NCBI GenBank assembly: GCA_031280155.1
Contig: JAITHD010000199.1
Coordinates: forward strand, 1-53,930
Reading direction: 5' to 3'
DNA length: 53,930 bases
Source: Treponema sp.
Lineage (GTDB): Bacteria; Spirochaetota; Spirochaetia; Treponematales; Breznakiellaceae
Part shown: positions 9,832-19,180 of the stretch, piece after piece
Position numbering within the stretch: position 1 is the stretch's first letter
Layout: every line of letters starts with the position of its first letter
Notes under the pieces: model-generated
Seen by the model: the letters and a program-made list of their open reading frames with translations, nothing else
Told to the model about the DNA's origin: nothing
The model's database searches: none
Translations under genes and position numbers: made by a program

Positions 9832-10206
9832 TTATCTAATGTTGACAAGATCCCTCCAGCCTTGAACTAAGCGGCTGAGTACCGTTCTGGTAATATTTAA
9901 TGACATACTTGCCTTTGCCTGAGCAATAGTAACGTCATGGATATCTACTGAATCAGGGTCTGTAATGGCGGTCTGGATTATAGCGCTTGCCTTGTTCTGA
10001 TCCGCTGAAACAGTATCCAAGGCTCGAAGCATAGCGTCTTCAAAAGAACCGCCTCGAGTAACCGCGCCGGCGCCGATCTTATCCCCTAACGCAACAATTT
10101 CCTGTCCTGTAGGAACTCCATGAGCGGATGAACCAATATGTCGCGGATCCCTTACATGCATAGGGAGCGGGTCTACAGCTATCAACTGCGGGGCGTTTAT
10201 AATCAT
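9832..10206 (-). CDS. fliE: Flagellar hook-basal body complex protein FliE
   Basis: 124 aa. The C-terminal motif is ...DIHDVTIAQAKASMSLNITRTVLSRLVQGWRDLVNIR. It sits between flgC and fliF. Confidence 0.9.
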   Translation of the reverse strand: MIINAPQLIAVDPLPMHVRDPRHIGSSAHGVPTGQEIVALGDKIGAGAVTRGGSFEDAMLRALDTVSADQNKASAIIQTAITDPDSVDIHDVTIAQAKASMSLNITRTVLSRLVQGWRDLVNIR

Positions 10207-10209
10207 CTC

Positions 10210-10668
10210 TTACCTCCCTATCTCCAATGCTTTCTGAAACATCGCCTTAGAACCATCAATAATCGATGCATTAGCTTCATACGCACGAGACGCCGCAATC
10301 ATATCTACCATTTCAGTAACAATATCCACATTAGGCATTTCCACATATCCCTGTCGAGGACCTGATGTAATAGCGTCAGGGTGAGTCGGATCATACACCA
10401 GCCGATTCTTTGCAGCCGTATCCTTTTGTATCTCCATAACCCTTACCCCTTGCCCTGGACCATTATCCATCATATCAGGAAGAAAGGGAGAATGCCAATA
10501 GGGTCCTTCAACTCTAGGGCGCATAACAACGCGGCTCCGCCGATACGGTCCGCCTTCATCGGTTCGAGTCGTGGAAGCATTAGCAATATTATCAGCAATT
10601 ACATCGGAACGAAGCCGTTGAGCGCTCATTCCCGTAGACGCTATATTTATCGAACTAAAAATACCCAT
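10210..10668 (-). CDS. flgC: Flagellar basal-body rod protein FlgC
   Basis: 152 aa. The N-terminus is SSINIASTGMSAQRLRSDVIADNIANASTTRT and the C-terminus is ...MVDMIAASRAYEANASIIDGSKAMFQKALEIGR. Confidence 0.95.
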   Translation of the reverse strand: MGIFSSINIASTGMSAQRLRSDVIADNIANASTTRTDEGGPYRRSRVVMRPRVEGPYWHSPFLPDMMDNGPGQGVRVMEIQKDTAAKNRLVYDPTHPDAITSGPRQGYVEMPNVDIVTEMVDMIAASRAYEANASIIDGSKAMFQKALEIGR

Positions 10669-10676
10669 ATATCAAC

Positions 10677-11096
10677 CTACCTTAATACCAGATTGACTTG
10701 ATTAAACTCAAAAGCTTCCGCCTGAGCTAAGAGCGTATACAGCATCTGATTTTCCAACCCAGCCATAAGCTCATGATCAACATCTACATTATTTCCATTA
10801 TTGTTGGATGCTGTGAGAAAATCCACAACTCGTCGAGGCTGAACATCCTGATAATTTCGAGGCTCCCAATTAGAAATATGCCTTGGATCGGTTTGAGCCA
10901 ACTCAACTGGAGGGCGCTGTCTTTCTGATTCCAAAGCTTTTTTTAATTCGCTTTCAAACGCAACCTCAGAACGTTTGAAATTAGGAACCTCCGCATTAGC
11001 TAAATTATTCGCAATCACTGATCGCCGGAGGAGATTCACATCCATAGCGCGATGCACCATATCAATGGTCTTAGAAAAATTATTATTGATATTCAA
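10677..11096 (-). CDS. flgB: Flagellar basal-body rod protein FlgB
   Basis: Rod-protein N-terminal motif RRSVIANNLANAEVPNFKRSEV. The track ORF starts at a GTG at 11126 that has no SD and sits inside promoter-like signals. I prefer the TTG at 11096, preceded by GGGAG at 7-nt spacing, giving MNINNNFSKTIDMVHRAMD... An ATG at 11060 is also possible. Confidence 0.9.
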   Translation of the reverse strand: MNINNNFSKTIDMVHRAMDVNLLRRSVIANNLANAEVPNFKRSEVAFESELKKALESERQRPPVELAQTDPRHISNWEPRNYQDVQPRRVVDFLTASNNNGNNVDVDHELMAGLENQMLYTLLAQAEAFEFNQVNLVLR

Positions 11097-11116
11097 ACCT
11101 TTTCTCCCGATATTAC

Positions 11117-11144
11117 TTATCGGCACATTATAAGCTGTTATTTA
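11117..11144 (-). promoter_or_regulatory. Candidate promoter of the flgB operon (overlapping sigma-70 -10 and sigma-28-like signals)
   Basis: The minus strand reads TAAA (complement of 11141-11144), 16 nt, then GCCGATAA (complement of 11117-11124). That is a perfect sigma-28 -10 but with 16-nt rather than 15-nt spacing. A perfect TATAAT (complement of 11127-11132) lies inside the spacer, with only a weak -35. Confidence 0.4.
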
Positions 11145-11170
11145 CCACAAAATCTACAAATTATACAAGG

Positions 11171-11221
11171 AAAAATTCGCGAATGAATCAACAACACCCC
11201 ATATATTCAAGTTCATTCGCG
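11171..11221 (-). terminator. Possible attenuating hairpin/terminator after hslU
   Basis: 10-bp stem CGCGAATGAA (11178-11187) / TTCATTCGCG (11212-11221). On the minus strand it is followed by AATTTTT. The loop is long (24 nt), so confidence is low. Confidence 0.4.
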
Positions 11222-11247
11222 GATTTTATAGGCAAACCGTAGTATAA

Positions 11248-12801
11248 TCACAAAATATATCTGCCCAAATCATTATCCATTACCAAATCGGTAAGTTTCT
11301 CATTTACATACGCTTCGGTTATGGATATTTTTGTGGGAGCGATGTCCGGAGCCTCAAAAGAAAGTTCTTCCAGCAGAGCTTCCATGATGGTATGGAGTCT
11401 TCGAGCGCCGATATTTTCTAACCGAGCGTTCACATCCGCTGCAAGCACCGCAAGCCGTTCAATCGCGTCATTGGCAAAGTTGATTTCCACCCCTTCAGTG
11501 TCCAACAGCTCAACATACTGTTTGGTAAGAGCGTTTTTGGGTTCTGTCAAAATCCGCAGGAAATCATCTTTTCCCAGAGAATCCAATTCTACTCTAAGCG
11601 GGAACCGTCCCTGCAACTCAGGAATCAGATCCGATGGTTTGCTTACATTGAAAGCGCCGGCAGCTACAAAAAGAATATGATCCGTATTAACAGGGCCCCA
11701 TTTGGTGTTCACAGTCGCTCCTTCCACAATGGGCAGGATATCCCGCTGCACCCCTTCTCGGGACACGTCAGGACCGCCGCCGCGCTCGCCTTTGACCGCA
11801 ATCTTATCTATTTCGTCAATAAAAACAATGCCGGTTTCTTCTACCCGCTGCCGGGCTTCGTCGCTTACCCGATCCCGATCTATGAGTTTTTCCGATTCTT
11901 CAGCAATGAGAATTTCCCGGGCCCGGCTTATAGTAACAAGCTTTTTCTTTTTACTTCCTCCAAAAAGACCCGCAATCCCTGAAAGACTGGACTCTAATTC
12001 TTCAAAACTGCCTCCCATCATCTCAATATTCGGAAACTGAGGGCTTTGGCTTATCGTGATTTCCACCATTCTATCTTCGAGCTTTCCCTTCCGAAGCATG
12101 GTTCTAAATTTTTCTCTCGTCGAATCTTTATCCTTCCCGTCAGCAGAGGGCTTGGATTCCTGTTCCTCCTCTTCCTCCTCTGGAGGGGGAGAATCTTGTG
12201 AAACATTCCGTCCTATAGGAATTCCGACTTGGATAACAGTTCCCATAAGCGCAGGTCCCGAGCCGTTAGCGTTATCTGGATTAGTAGCAAAGGTTCCCAT
12301 AGGTCTGACCACCGGTCCTGCGGGAGCGGGTTTTGAGTCTTTACGTTTTTTGTTGGTTCCCGGCAGCAGGAGATCAAGAAGCGCTTCTTCAGTCCGCTGT
12401 TCCGCTTCAGCAGTAACGGATTCTTGCATCTCCTGCTTCACCATTTGAATTCCCGCAGCCATAAGATCCCGGATCATAGATTCCACATCCCGCCCGACAT
12501 ATCCTACTTCAGTATATTTGGTAGCTTCCACCTTGATAAACGGAGAACCCGCTAATTTGGCAAGCCGCCGGGCAATCTCGGTTTTTCCAACCCCGGTAGG
12601 TCCGATCATAAGAATATTCTTAGGCGCAATATCTTCCCGCATATCGCTTTCCAGTTTGAGCCGCCGAATTCGATTCCGCAAAGCTACCGCAACCGCCCGC
12701 TTCGCCTTTTTCTGCCCTACAATGTACTTGTCTAACTCGGCGACAATCTCTCGTGGAGTAAGCCGATCCAGATTTTTCTCAACTGATTTTTTATCACCCA
12801 T
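11248..12801 (-). CDS. hslU: ATP-dependent protease ATPase subunit HslU (ClpY), with an enlarged I-domain
   Basis: 517 aa. N-terminal LTPREIVAELDKYIVGQKKAKRAVAVALRNR, Walker A GPTGVGKTEIARRLA, Walker B GIVFIDEIDKI and C-terminal ...DNDLGRYIL. See the finding on the ~70-aa low-complexity insert. Confidence 0.97.
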   Translation of the reverse strand: MGDKKSVEKNLDRLTPREIVAELDKYIVGQKKAKRAVAVALRNRIRRLKLESDMREDIAPKNILMIGPTGVGKTEIARRLAKLAGSPFIKVEATKYTEVGYVGRDVESMIRDLMAAGIQMVKQEMQESVTAEAEQRTEEALLDLLLPGTNKKRKDSKPAPAGPVVRPMGTFATNPDNANGSGPALMGTVIQVGIPIGRNVSQDSPPPEEEEEEQESKPSADGKDKDSTREKFRTMLRKGKLEDRMVEITISQSPQFPNIEMMGGSFEELESSLSGIAGLFGGSKKKKLVTISRAREILIAEESEKLIDRDRVSDEARQRVEETGIVFIDEIDKIAVKGERGGGPDVSREGVQRDILPIVEGATVNTKWGPVNTDHILFVAAGAFNVSKPSDLIPELQGRFPLRVELDSLGKDDFLRILTEPKNALTKQYVELLDTEGVEINFANDAIERLAVLAADVNARLENIGARRLHTIMEALLEELSFEAPDIAPTKISITEAYVNEKLTDLVMDNDLGRYIL

Positions 12802-13370
12802 TAGTTTAGCTCCTCCAAGATGATGTGACCATTGGTATAAATACAGATATTGCCCGCAATTTTAAGACTTTTTTCCGCAATTTCCGCGGCGGAAAAGGCG
12901 CTTCCCTCAAGATACGCCAACGCCGCAGCGTATGCGTAATTGCCTCCAGACCCTATGGCAAGCGCATCCTCCGCCGGCTCTATCACATCGCCTGTACCGG
13001 AAATAAGCAGAATTTTACTCAAGTCCGCCACCAGCAACAGAGCTTCAAGGCGTCTGAGGGCCCTATCCGTACGCCAATCTTTTGCCAATTCTACCGCCGC
13101 CCGAGCAAGGTCTCCAGAATATTCCTTGAGTTTGCCCTCGAAACGGTCAAAAAGGGTAAAAGCATCCGCAGTGGCTCCGGCGAATCCGCATAATATCTTG
13201 CCGTCCATGAGGCGCCGTACCTTGCGGGCGTTGTTTTTCATTACTGTCTCGCCTACAGTTACCTGTCCGTCTCCAGCCATAGCGACCTTCCCATCCCGGC
13301 GTACCGCTAACACTGTGGTGCTTCGTATTTGCGGTTGCGTACGCCGTACGGTGCTGCTCTGTTTATTCAT
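12801..13370 (-). CDS. hslV: ATP-dependent protease subunit HslV (ClpQ)
   Basis: 189 aa. It contains [21 protein letters not shown]...[10 protein letters not shown]...GSGGNYA. The stop overlaps the hslU start (TAATG). A 17-aa extension precedes the catalytic Thr-Thr. Confidence 0.95.
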   Translation of the reverse strand: MNKQSSTVRRTQPQIRSTTVLAVRRDGKVAMAGDGQVTVGETVMKNNARKVRRLMDGKILCGFAGATADAFTLFDRFEGKLKEYSGDLARAAVELAKDWRTDRALRRLEALLLVADLSKILLISGTGDVIEPAEDALAIGSGGNYAYAAALAYLEGSAFSAAEIAEKSLKIAGNICIYTNGHIILEELN

Positions 13371-13380
13371 AATTTATTCC

Positions 13381-14292
13381 TTATGTATGTGCCTTAGCAT
13401 AGACTTGTTTTAATCGCTCTATGTCAACATGGGTATAACGCTGGGTTGTAGCTATACTAACATGACCTAGTAATTCCTGGACTATCCGGATATTACAGCC
13501 CCCATTAACAAGATGCGTGGCAAAACTATGCCGTAATGCATGGGGGTGAATAGGTTTCTCCAGCATTGACAGCTTGGCATACTCATTAATGATCCATCGC
13601 GCCCCTGATACGGAAAGGCCCTTTCCCCGCTGATTAATGAAAAGCCGATCCGTAGGGCGTTCCGCTGGTATTTTAGAGGTTCTTACCGCAAGATAGGTTG
13701 CCAACGCTTTCTGAGTCTCATCGGTGAAGAACGCATGCCGTTCTTTGTTCCCTTTTCCGATGACTCGGGCCCATCGGAGATCCTTTTCTATATCTTTTAA
13801 TGAAAGGGAAACGGTTTCTGAAATCCGCAACCCTCCAGAATACATAACCAATATCAGCGCCTGATCCCGAATATCCCAAAGCCGCTTAGTCTGTTCTGGA
13901 AGCGCCGCAAAGTCCGCCATTTCCTGTTCCCAGAGAAAACAAGGCAGAGTGCTGGGAGTTCTATGGTTTCGGAGCAACTGAGCGGGATCGTCTTCCCGAT
14001 ACCCAAAACGCTGGAGCCACCGATAAAAACCTCGAACCCCAGCCAACGCCTGATTGACGCTCCCCGGGGCAAGACGTTTGGTTCCCAGCTCAACCGTAAA
14101 TCCCTGTACTTCCTGGGAAGTCGCCGTCTCAGGAACTATTCGATACCCCTCACAATAACCGGCAAAATAGGCTAAATTCTTTCTATAAGCCCGTATAGTT
14201 TGCGGCGATGCCCCTCGTACTGCTGAAAGATAGGAAAGATACTCCTTAAATATACTCGGCAGAGCTATGGTATTCACCTTACACTTGTTCAT
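13381..14292 (-). CDS. xerC: Tyrosine recombinase XerC (CodV-like)
   Basis: 303 aa. Catalytic region is ...GLRISE...HPHALRHSFATHLVNGGCNIRIVQELLGHVSIATTQRYTHV. Its position upstream of hslVU matches codV in B. subtilis. Confidence 0.9.
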   Translation of the reverse strand: MNKCKVNTIALPSIFKEYLSYLSAVRGASPQTIRAYRKNLAYFAGYCEGYRIVPETATSQEVQGFTVELGTKRLAPGSVNQALAGVRGFYRWLQRFGYREDDPAQLLRNHRTPSTLPCFLWEQEMADFAALPEQTKRLWDIRDQALILVMYSGGLRISETVSLSLKDIEKDLRWARVIGKGNKERHAFFTDETQKALATYLAVRTSKIPAERPTDRLFINQRGKGLSVSGARWIINEYAKLSMLEKPIHPHALRHSFATHLVNGGCNIRIVQELLGHVSIATTQRYTHVDIERLKQVYAKAHT

Positions 14293-14303
14293 GATCCCTC
14301 CCT

Positions 14304-16469
14304 TTATACTTCAGGTTTTTCCCTGTCAGAATCAAAACTATGCAGATAATCACAGTCTGGATTGATGCAGGACTTATAGAATCCGTTTTTCTTATCATAT
14401 TTCTCCACCATGAACTGTCCGCACTTAGGGCAATTCTGATTAATAGGCTTGAAATGAGTGATAAAATCACAAGACGGATAATTGGTACATCCGTAAAATT
14501 CCTTGCCGCGGCCTTTGGTCTTTCGAGATATAATATCTCCGCCGCAATGGGGACATTTCGCCAAAGGTATGGACTTGGTATTCCGACACTCAGGAAAAGC
14601 GCTGCACGCCAGAAAAAACCCAAAACGTCCCATTTTTTTCACCAGAGGTTTTCCGCATTTCTCACAGGGGATATTCGTAACTTCTTCCAGGGCCCCCTTA
14701 AAAGACTCTAGGGTTTTACCTACTTCATCTACCCGCTCTTTGAAGGGACTGTAGAATTCCCGGATCATATTATGCCACGAAAGCTGGCTTTCCTCAACCG
14801 CGTCAAGTTTACTTTCCATAGCCGCCGTGAAGTCTGAATTCACCACATACGGGAAAGACTCTACCAACATATCACAAATCAGCTTGCCTAAAAGCGTTGG
14901 GATAAGCTGCTTATTCGATCGAGTTACATAGTACCGGTCCAGCAATACCGAAATGATAGGAGCATAAGTAGAAGGACGACCTATGCCTTTTTCTTCTAAG
15001 GTTTTCACAATAGATGCATCTGAATATCGAGCGGGACCTTGAGTGAAATGCTGTTCAGGGTAGAATTTATCAATCTTTAGAGAATCGCCGATTTTGAGAA
15101 CCGGATAGGAATCTTGCTTTTCTTCTTTAGAAGCAAGGAGTTTCATCACCTTATAAAATCCTTTTTCAATGATTTTAGTTCCTGATACTCTAAATATCCC
15201 GTCTCCGGTTTGAATATCAGTGCTTACCGTCTTGGTTTTAGCCGGATTCATCTGGCTTGCCACAAATCGTTCCCAGATAATCGTATAGAGCCGCAATTCA
15301 TCCCTGCTAAGATATGGCTTCATATCATCAGGCTTATAATTAACGTAGGTAGGGCGTATAGCTTCATGCGCGTCCTGGGCTTTCTTTCCCACCGCATATA
15401 GTATAGGCTTTTCCGGCAGGTCTGTAGGATAGTTCTTCTCTATCCACGCCCGGACGTCGTCCAAGGCAACCTGAGAAATCCGTACCGAATCAGTACGCAT
15501 ATAGGTGATAAGCCCAATTCGGGAGCTTTCAATATTGATGCCTTCGTAAAGCCTCTGAGCTGTCTGCATGGTTTTCTTACTGGTAAACCCAAGACGGTTC
15601 GCGGCAGTCTGCTGAAGCTGAGATGTGGTAAAAGGCGGCTTAGGTCTCAGGGTTTTCTCGGTTTCCCGAATATCAATAACCACCGAATCCTTACCGGTAA
15701 TCAAAGCTATGATGGCTTTAACTTCAGCCTCGTTTTTCAAGTCCGGCTTCGCGGCTTTCCAGCTTATAAGCTGGGCTGTGAAAACCGTTCTTCCAACCTT
15801 GAAATCCGCTTCTAAGGTCCAATATTCTTCAGGAATAAAGGATTCAACCTCTTTTTCCCGATCACAGATAAGCTTAAGCGCTGCAGACTGAACCCGTCCC
15901 GCGGAAAGACCGTTTTTCACCTTTTTCCAAAGCAACGGAGAAAGATTATACCCTACTAATCGATCTAATACCCGCCGAGCTTTTTGGGCGTTTACCTTGG
16001 CTTCGTCAATGACTCCCGGACGAGCTACCGCGTCTTGAATCGCCGCCGGAGTAATCTCATTAAAACTGATGCGCTGAATAAGCGCTTGTTTGCTCTTGGC
16101 GGCAAGGGCGTTCTGCAAATGCCATGCTATCGCTTCTCCTTCCCGATCATTATCACTGGCAAGCAACACCATATCGGCTTTTTTTGCATCCCCTTGGAGT
16201 TCCTTTAAGATTTTCGCCCTGCCCCGGACTGTGATATATTCAGGCTCAAAATCATGATCTATATCAATCCCTAATCTTGATTTAGGAAGATCAATAAGAT
16301 GCCCCATAGAAGCCTTAACCGTATAAATCGAGCCTAGATACTTCTCAATAGTCTTCGCCTTAGCCGGAGACTCGACAATCACCAAGACTTTTTTATCTTT
16401 GAGCGCCGGCTTAGGTTTTACGGTTTTTTTCTTTGTTCCTGTTTCTGCTGAGTCGGTTTTTCTTGCCAT
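14304..16469 (-). CDS. topA: DNA topoisomerase I
   Basis: 721 aa. It has a TOPRIM N-terminus (VLVIVESPAKAKTIEKYLG), the active-site region GLITYMRTDS and three C-terminal C4 zinc ribbons (CEKCGK...C..C, CPHCGG...C..C, CPKCGQ...C..C). Confidence 0.97.
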   Translation of the reverse strand: MARKTDSAETGTKKKTVKPKPALKDKKVLVIVESPAKAKTIEKYLGSIYTVKASMGHLIDLPKSRLGIDIDHDFEPEYITVRGRAKILKELQGDAKKADMVLLASDNDREGEAIAWHLQNALAAKSKQALIQRISFNEITPAAIQDAVARPGVIDEAKVNAQKARRVLDRLVGYNLSPLLWKKVKNGLSAGRVQSAALKLICDREKEVESFIPEEYWTLEADFKVGRTVFTAQLISWKAAKPDLKNEAEVKAIIALITGKDSVVIDIRETEKTLRPKPPFTTSQLQQTAANRLGFTSKKTMQTAQRLYEGINIESSRIGLITYMRTDSVRISQVALDDVRAWIEKNYPTDLPEKPILYAVGKKAQDAHEAIRPTYVNYKPDDMKPYLSRDELRLYTIIWERFVASQMNPAKTKTVSTDIQTGDGIFRVSGTKIIEKGFYKVMKLLASKEEKQDSYPVLKIGDSLKIDKFYPEQHFTQGPARYSDASIVKTLEEKGIGRPSTYAPIISVLLDRYYVTRSNKQLIPTLLGKLICDMLVESFPYVVNSDFTAAMESKLDAVEESQLSWHNMIREFYSPFKERVDEVGKTLESFKGALEEVTNIPCEKCGKPLVKKMGRFGFFLACSAFPECRNTKSIPLAKCPHCGGDIISRKTKGRGKEFYGCTNYPSCDFITHFKPINQNCPKCGQFMVEKYDKKNGFYKSCINPDCDYLHSFDSDREKPEV

Positions 16470-16475
16470 AGTATG

Positions 16476-17465
16476 TTATTCCTCATACCCAATATTCAGG
16501 GACTGGGCTAGAGATGCCGCCAAAGCAGAGCCGCTGAATTCTCTTTCTGCTTTGTTCTTTTCATTGCGTTCGTTTTCTGATATCATACCCCATTCCTTGA
16601 GAATATCTTCCGCCGAAGCAATCACCGGCGCTCCGTCTTCCGCAAATTTTTTCGTTCCTTCCCGCAGATGGTCATAAACTCCTTCTGCGACTCCAGTTGA
16701 AGCAACCCAGAGGTCTCTTCCATGGTCCAGCGCAAATCTGGCGGTAATAAGAGCTCCTGAAGCTGCCGGAGCTTCCACAATCAACGTTCCTCTGGCGAGA
16801 GCGGAAATAATTCGGTTCCTAGCGGGGAAATGCCATTTTTGAGGTTTTGTTCCCGGAGGATATTCACTGAGCAGTACGCCGCCCTGTTCTACAATACGCC
16901 GAGCCAAACCTCGGTTTGCCGCAGGGTATATCTCGTCAAGCCCTGAACCCAAGACAGCCGCGGTAGGAGCGCCGCCGTCGCAATTTCCTCGATGCGCCAT
17001 AGCGTCAATTCCTTGGGCAAGTCCTGAAATCACAGGAATACCTTTGAACGCTAAGGCTTTGGCAATATCATAAGCCTGAAGCAGCGCGGCTGGCGAAGGT
17101 TTCCTTGTCCCTACCATCGCAAGCAATGGCAGTTCTGGATTTAAGAGTCTGCCCCGATAAAAAAGCGTTATCGGCGGATCCCGGATTTCCCGAAGCAGCG
17201 GCGGATATAAAGGACTCATATATGAAACATATCCAATACCGCGCATTCGGGCAATACCCGCGTCCTGTTCCGCTTGAGCGCGGCATATATCCATATTCCA
17301 AGGTTTATTACCCAAAGTACGCCCTAGAAGGACTTCAGCGTCTTTTTTTGACAAGCCGATTATATCGTCCTCTTGATTACAGCGCTTACACAGCAATTTT
17401 TTTTCAACTAGAGTAATATGGGGAATACGGGCTATGATTAAATCTACTAAACCTCTATCAGTCAT
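16476..17465 (-). CDS. dprA: DNA-processing protein DprA (Smf)
   Basis: 329 aa. Rossmann-like DprA core VGTRKPS...SGLAQGIDAMAHRG...AVLGSGLDEIYPAANRGLARRI...GGVLLSEYPPGT. Confidence 0.93.
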   Translation of the reverse strand: MTDRGLVDLIIARIPHITLVEKKLLCKRCNQEDDIIGLSKKDAEVLLGRTLGNKPWNMDICRAQAEQDAGIARMRGIGYVSYMSPLYPPLLREIRDPPITLFYRGRLLNPELPLLAMVGTRKPSPAALLQAYDIAKALAFKGIPVISGLAQGIDAMAHRGNCDGGAPTAAVLGSGLDEIYPAANRGLARRIVEQGGVLLSEYPPGTKPQKWHFPARNRIISALARGTLIVEAPAASGALITARFALDHGRDLWVASTGVAEGVYDHLREGTKKFAEDGAPVIASAEDILKEWGMISENERNEKNKAEREFSGSALAASLAQSLNIGYEE

Positions 17466-18223
17466 GGAATAACCCTATTGCTTAGTATGGTTCGTTTATT
17501 CTGCTCCGCATCAAGGCGTTTTTGGGGGTCTTTGGTAAGATTCGGGATATGCTCATACAGTTCTACAGCCTGATGATCCTGCCCAGCCGTATAATAGGCC
17601 CGAGCCAGTACAAACATAGCGTCTACATTGTTTTTCGAGATTTCCAGATACCGTTCCAGATGCGGTATAGCTTCCTCGGGACGATCCAGCTCAAAAACAT
17701 ACAAAACCCCCAGCCCGTACCGGGGTTTGCCATAGCTCTCGTCAAGTTCAATAGCTTGCAGATACGCATGTTCCGCAAGGGAAAAATAATATTCCCGTTG
17801 CAGCATATCTCCTTTCGCTACTATAGTATCATAGGTGTTTTTTGCTATAACCGCAGCGGAAAGTCCCCGCAAGTAATGAAGCAGCGGTTCTTGAGGGGTA
17901 TATTCAATAGCTTTAGCTAACGCATTGAGGGCTTCAGTATGTAATCCCCGATCCTGCAAACGGGTAGCTAGAATTTTCCAGTATACTGCGGTTTGGGCGG
18001 CGTTTTTTACATGCTGTTCTATCTGTGCTTCATAAAGGGCTATGGCTTCCCGCAACCCGTCGATAGTTATCGGGGGACCCCCGCCGCGAGGACTCAATTC
18101 GGCAATCCGAGCCGCAAGCTCAGAACGGGCGCTGTATTTTCGGTATAGCATGAATCCAATAATCAGGGCTGCTATAACCATAATTACCAGTAATCCAATA
18201 ACTGTATCTTTTTTAATGTTCAT
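17462..18223 (-). CDS. Membrane-anchored tetratricopeptide-repeat protein
   Basis: 253 aa. It has an N-terminal TM (VIGLLVIMVIAALIIGFMLY) followed by TPR-like 34-aa helical repeats (...ALNALAKAIEYTPQEP..., ...AYLQAIELDESYGKPRYGLGVLY..., ...AIPHLERYLEISKNN...). A 4-nt overlap with dprA and an 11-nt overlap with xerD indicate operon membership. Confidence 0.75.
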   Translation of the reverse strand: MNIKKDTVIGLLVIMVIAALIIGFMLYRKYSARSELAARIAELSPRGGGPPITIDGLREAIALYEAQIEQHVKNAAQTAVYWKILATRLQDRGLHTEALNALAKAIEYTPQEPLLHYLRGLSAAVIAKNTYDTIVAKGDMLQREYYFSLAEHAYLQAIELDESYGKPRYGLGVLYVFELDRPEEAIPHLERYLEISKNNVDAMFVLARAYYTAGQDHQAVELYEHIPNLTKDPQKRLDAEQNKRTILSNRVIP

Positions 18224-19139
18224 ACCCTATATTAATTTCTGGATTATCTTCCATAGCTTTATTATAATCCGAAAGCCCCGGCATATATTGTCGATGATTT
18301 TCTTGGAGCAGAGAAACATCAAGATGGGTGTATACTTGGGTAGTGGTCAAAGCGGTATGTCCTAATAACTCCTGTACAGACCTGAGATCCGCGCCTCCAG
18401 CCAACAGCTCTGTGGCAAAGGTATGCCGTAAGGTATGCAGTTTAGAGCTTACTCCCGCTGCCTCCGCCGCTTTTGCGTAATTTTTCCATACTCCTTTCCG
18501 GGAAAGCCGTTTTCCGGTCTTGCTGATGAATAAGGCGGGATTCGGCTCAAGCCCTGCCAGCAGAGGACGGGACTTAGTAAGATACCGGTTAAGCCAGAAC
18601 GCCGCTTGATCCCCAAAAATTGCCAGCCGCTCCTTGCTTCCTTTGCCTTTCACTCGGATAAGCCTTTTGGAAAACATAATATCCCCCAGATCCACCGCAA
18701 GCGCTTCTGAAATTCGCAATCCTGCAGCGTACAGCAGTTCATACAAAGCCCTGTCCCGGATGCCCAAAAGCGTATGGGTATCAATCATACTGAACAGTTG
18801 CAGGATTGATTCTTGGGCAAGCACCGCAGGTAAATAAGCGCCTTTTCGCGGAGCTTCCAAAAACACTGCGGGATTATCAGGTCGAATCTGTTCATCTATC
18901 GCAAATCGAAAAAAAGAGCGTAAAACAGTTATAGCTTTTGATACAGATCGAGACCCAATCCCGTCTAGGGTACGGCGCTTTTCCAAATATCGGGAAAGCG
19001 CCTGCATATCAACCGTTTCAAGGGCATAAGCTTCTTTTTCAAGCCATACTAAAAAACAGCGGATCTCAAACAAATATGTTTCCGCTGTCAAAAGCGCACA
19101 ACCTTCCAGTCTGACAAGCCGAGAATAGTATTGTTCCAA
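18213..19139 (-). CDS. xerD: Tyrosine recombinase XerD
   Basis: 308 aa with a TTG start. It contains ...GLRISEALAV...HTLRHTFATELLAGGADLRSVQELLGHTALTTTQVYTHLD (R-H-R-Y catalytic signature, XerD-like C-terminus). Confidence 0.9.
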   Translation of the reverse strand: MEQYYSRLVRLEGCALLTAETYLFEIRCFLVWLEKEAYALETVDMQALSRYLEKRRTLDGIGSRSVSKAITVLRSFFRFAIDEQIRPDNPAVFLEAPRKGAYLPAVLAQESILQLFSMIDTHTLLGIRDRALYELLYAAGLRISEALAVDLGDIMFSKRLIRVKGKGSKERLAIFGDQAAFWLNRYLTKSRPLLAGLEPNPALFISKTGKRLSRKGVWKNYAKAAEAAGVSSKLHTLRHTFATELLAGGADLRSVQELLGHTALTTTQVYTHLDVSLLQENHRQYMPGLSDYNKAMEDNPEINIGYEH

Positions 19140-19180
19140 AATACGCTCTCTCTGAATATGCTCCTTCCTTACCTTATGGG

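Noticed and set aside
14279-14623. 114-aa minus-strand ORF overlapping the topA 3' end and the xerC start
   Set aside because: It is out of frame with the zinc-ribbon region of topA, has no SD and has a hydrophobic, odd composition. The topA frame carries clear CxxC motifs there.
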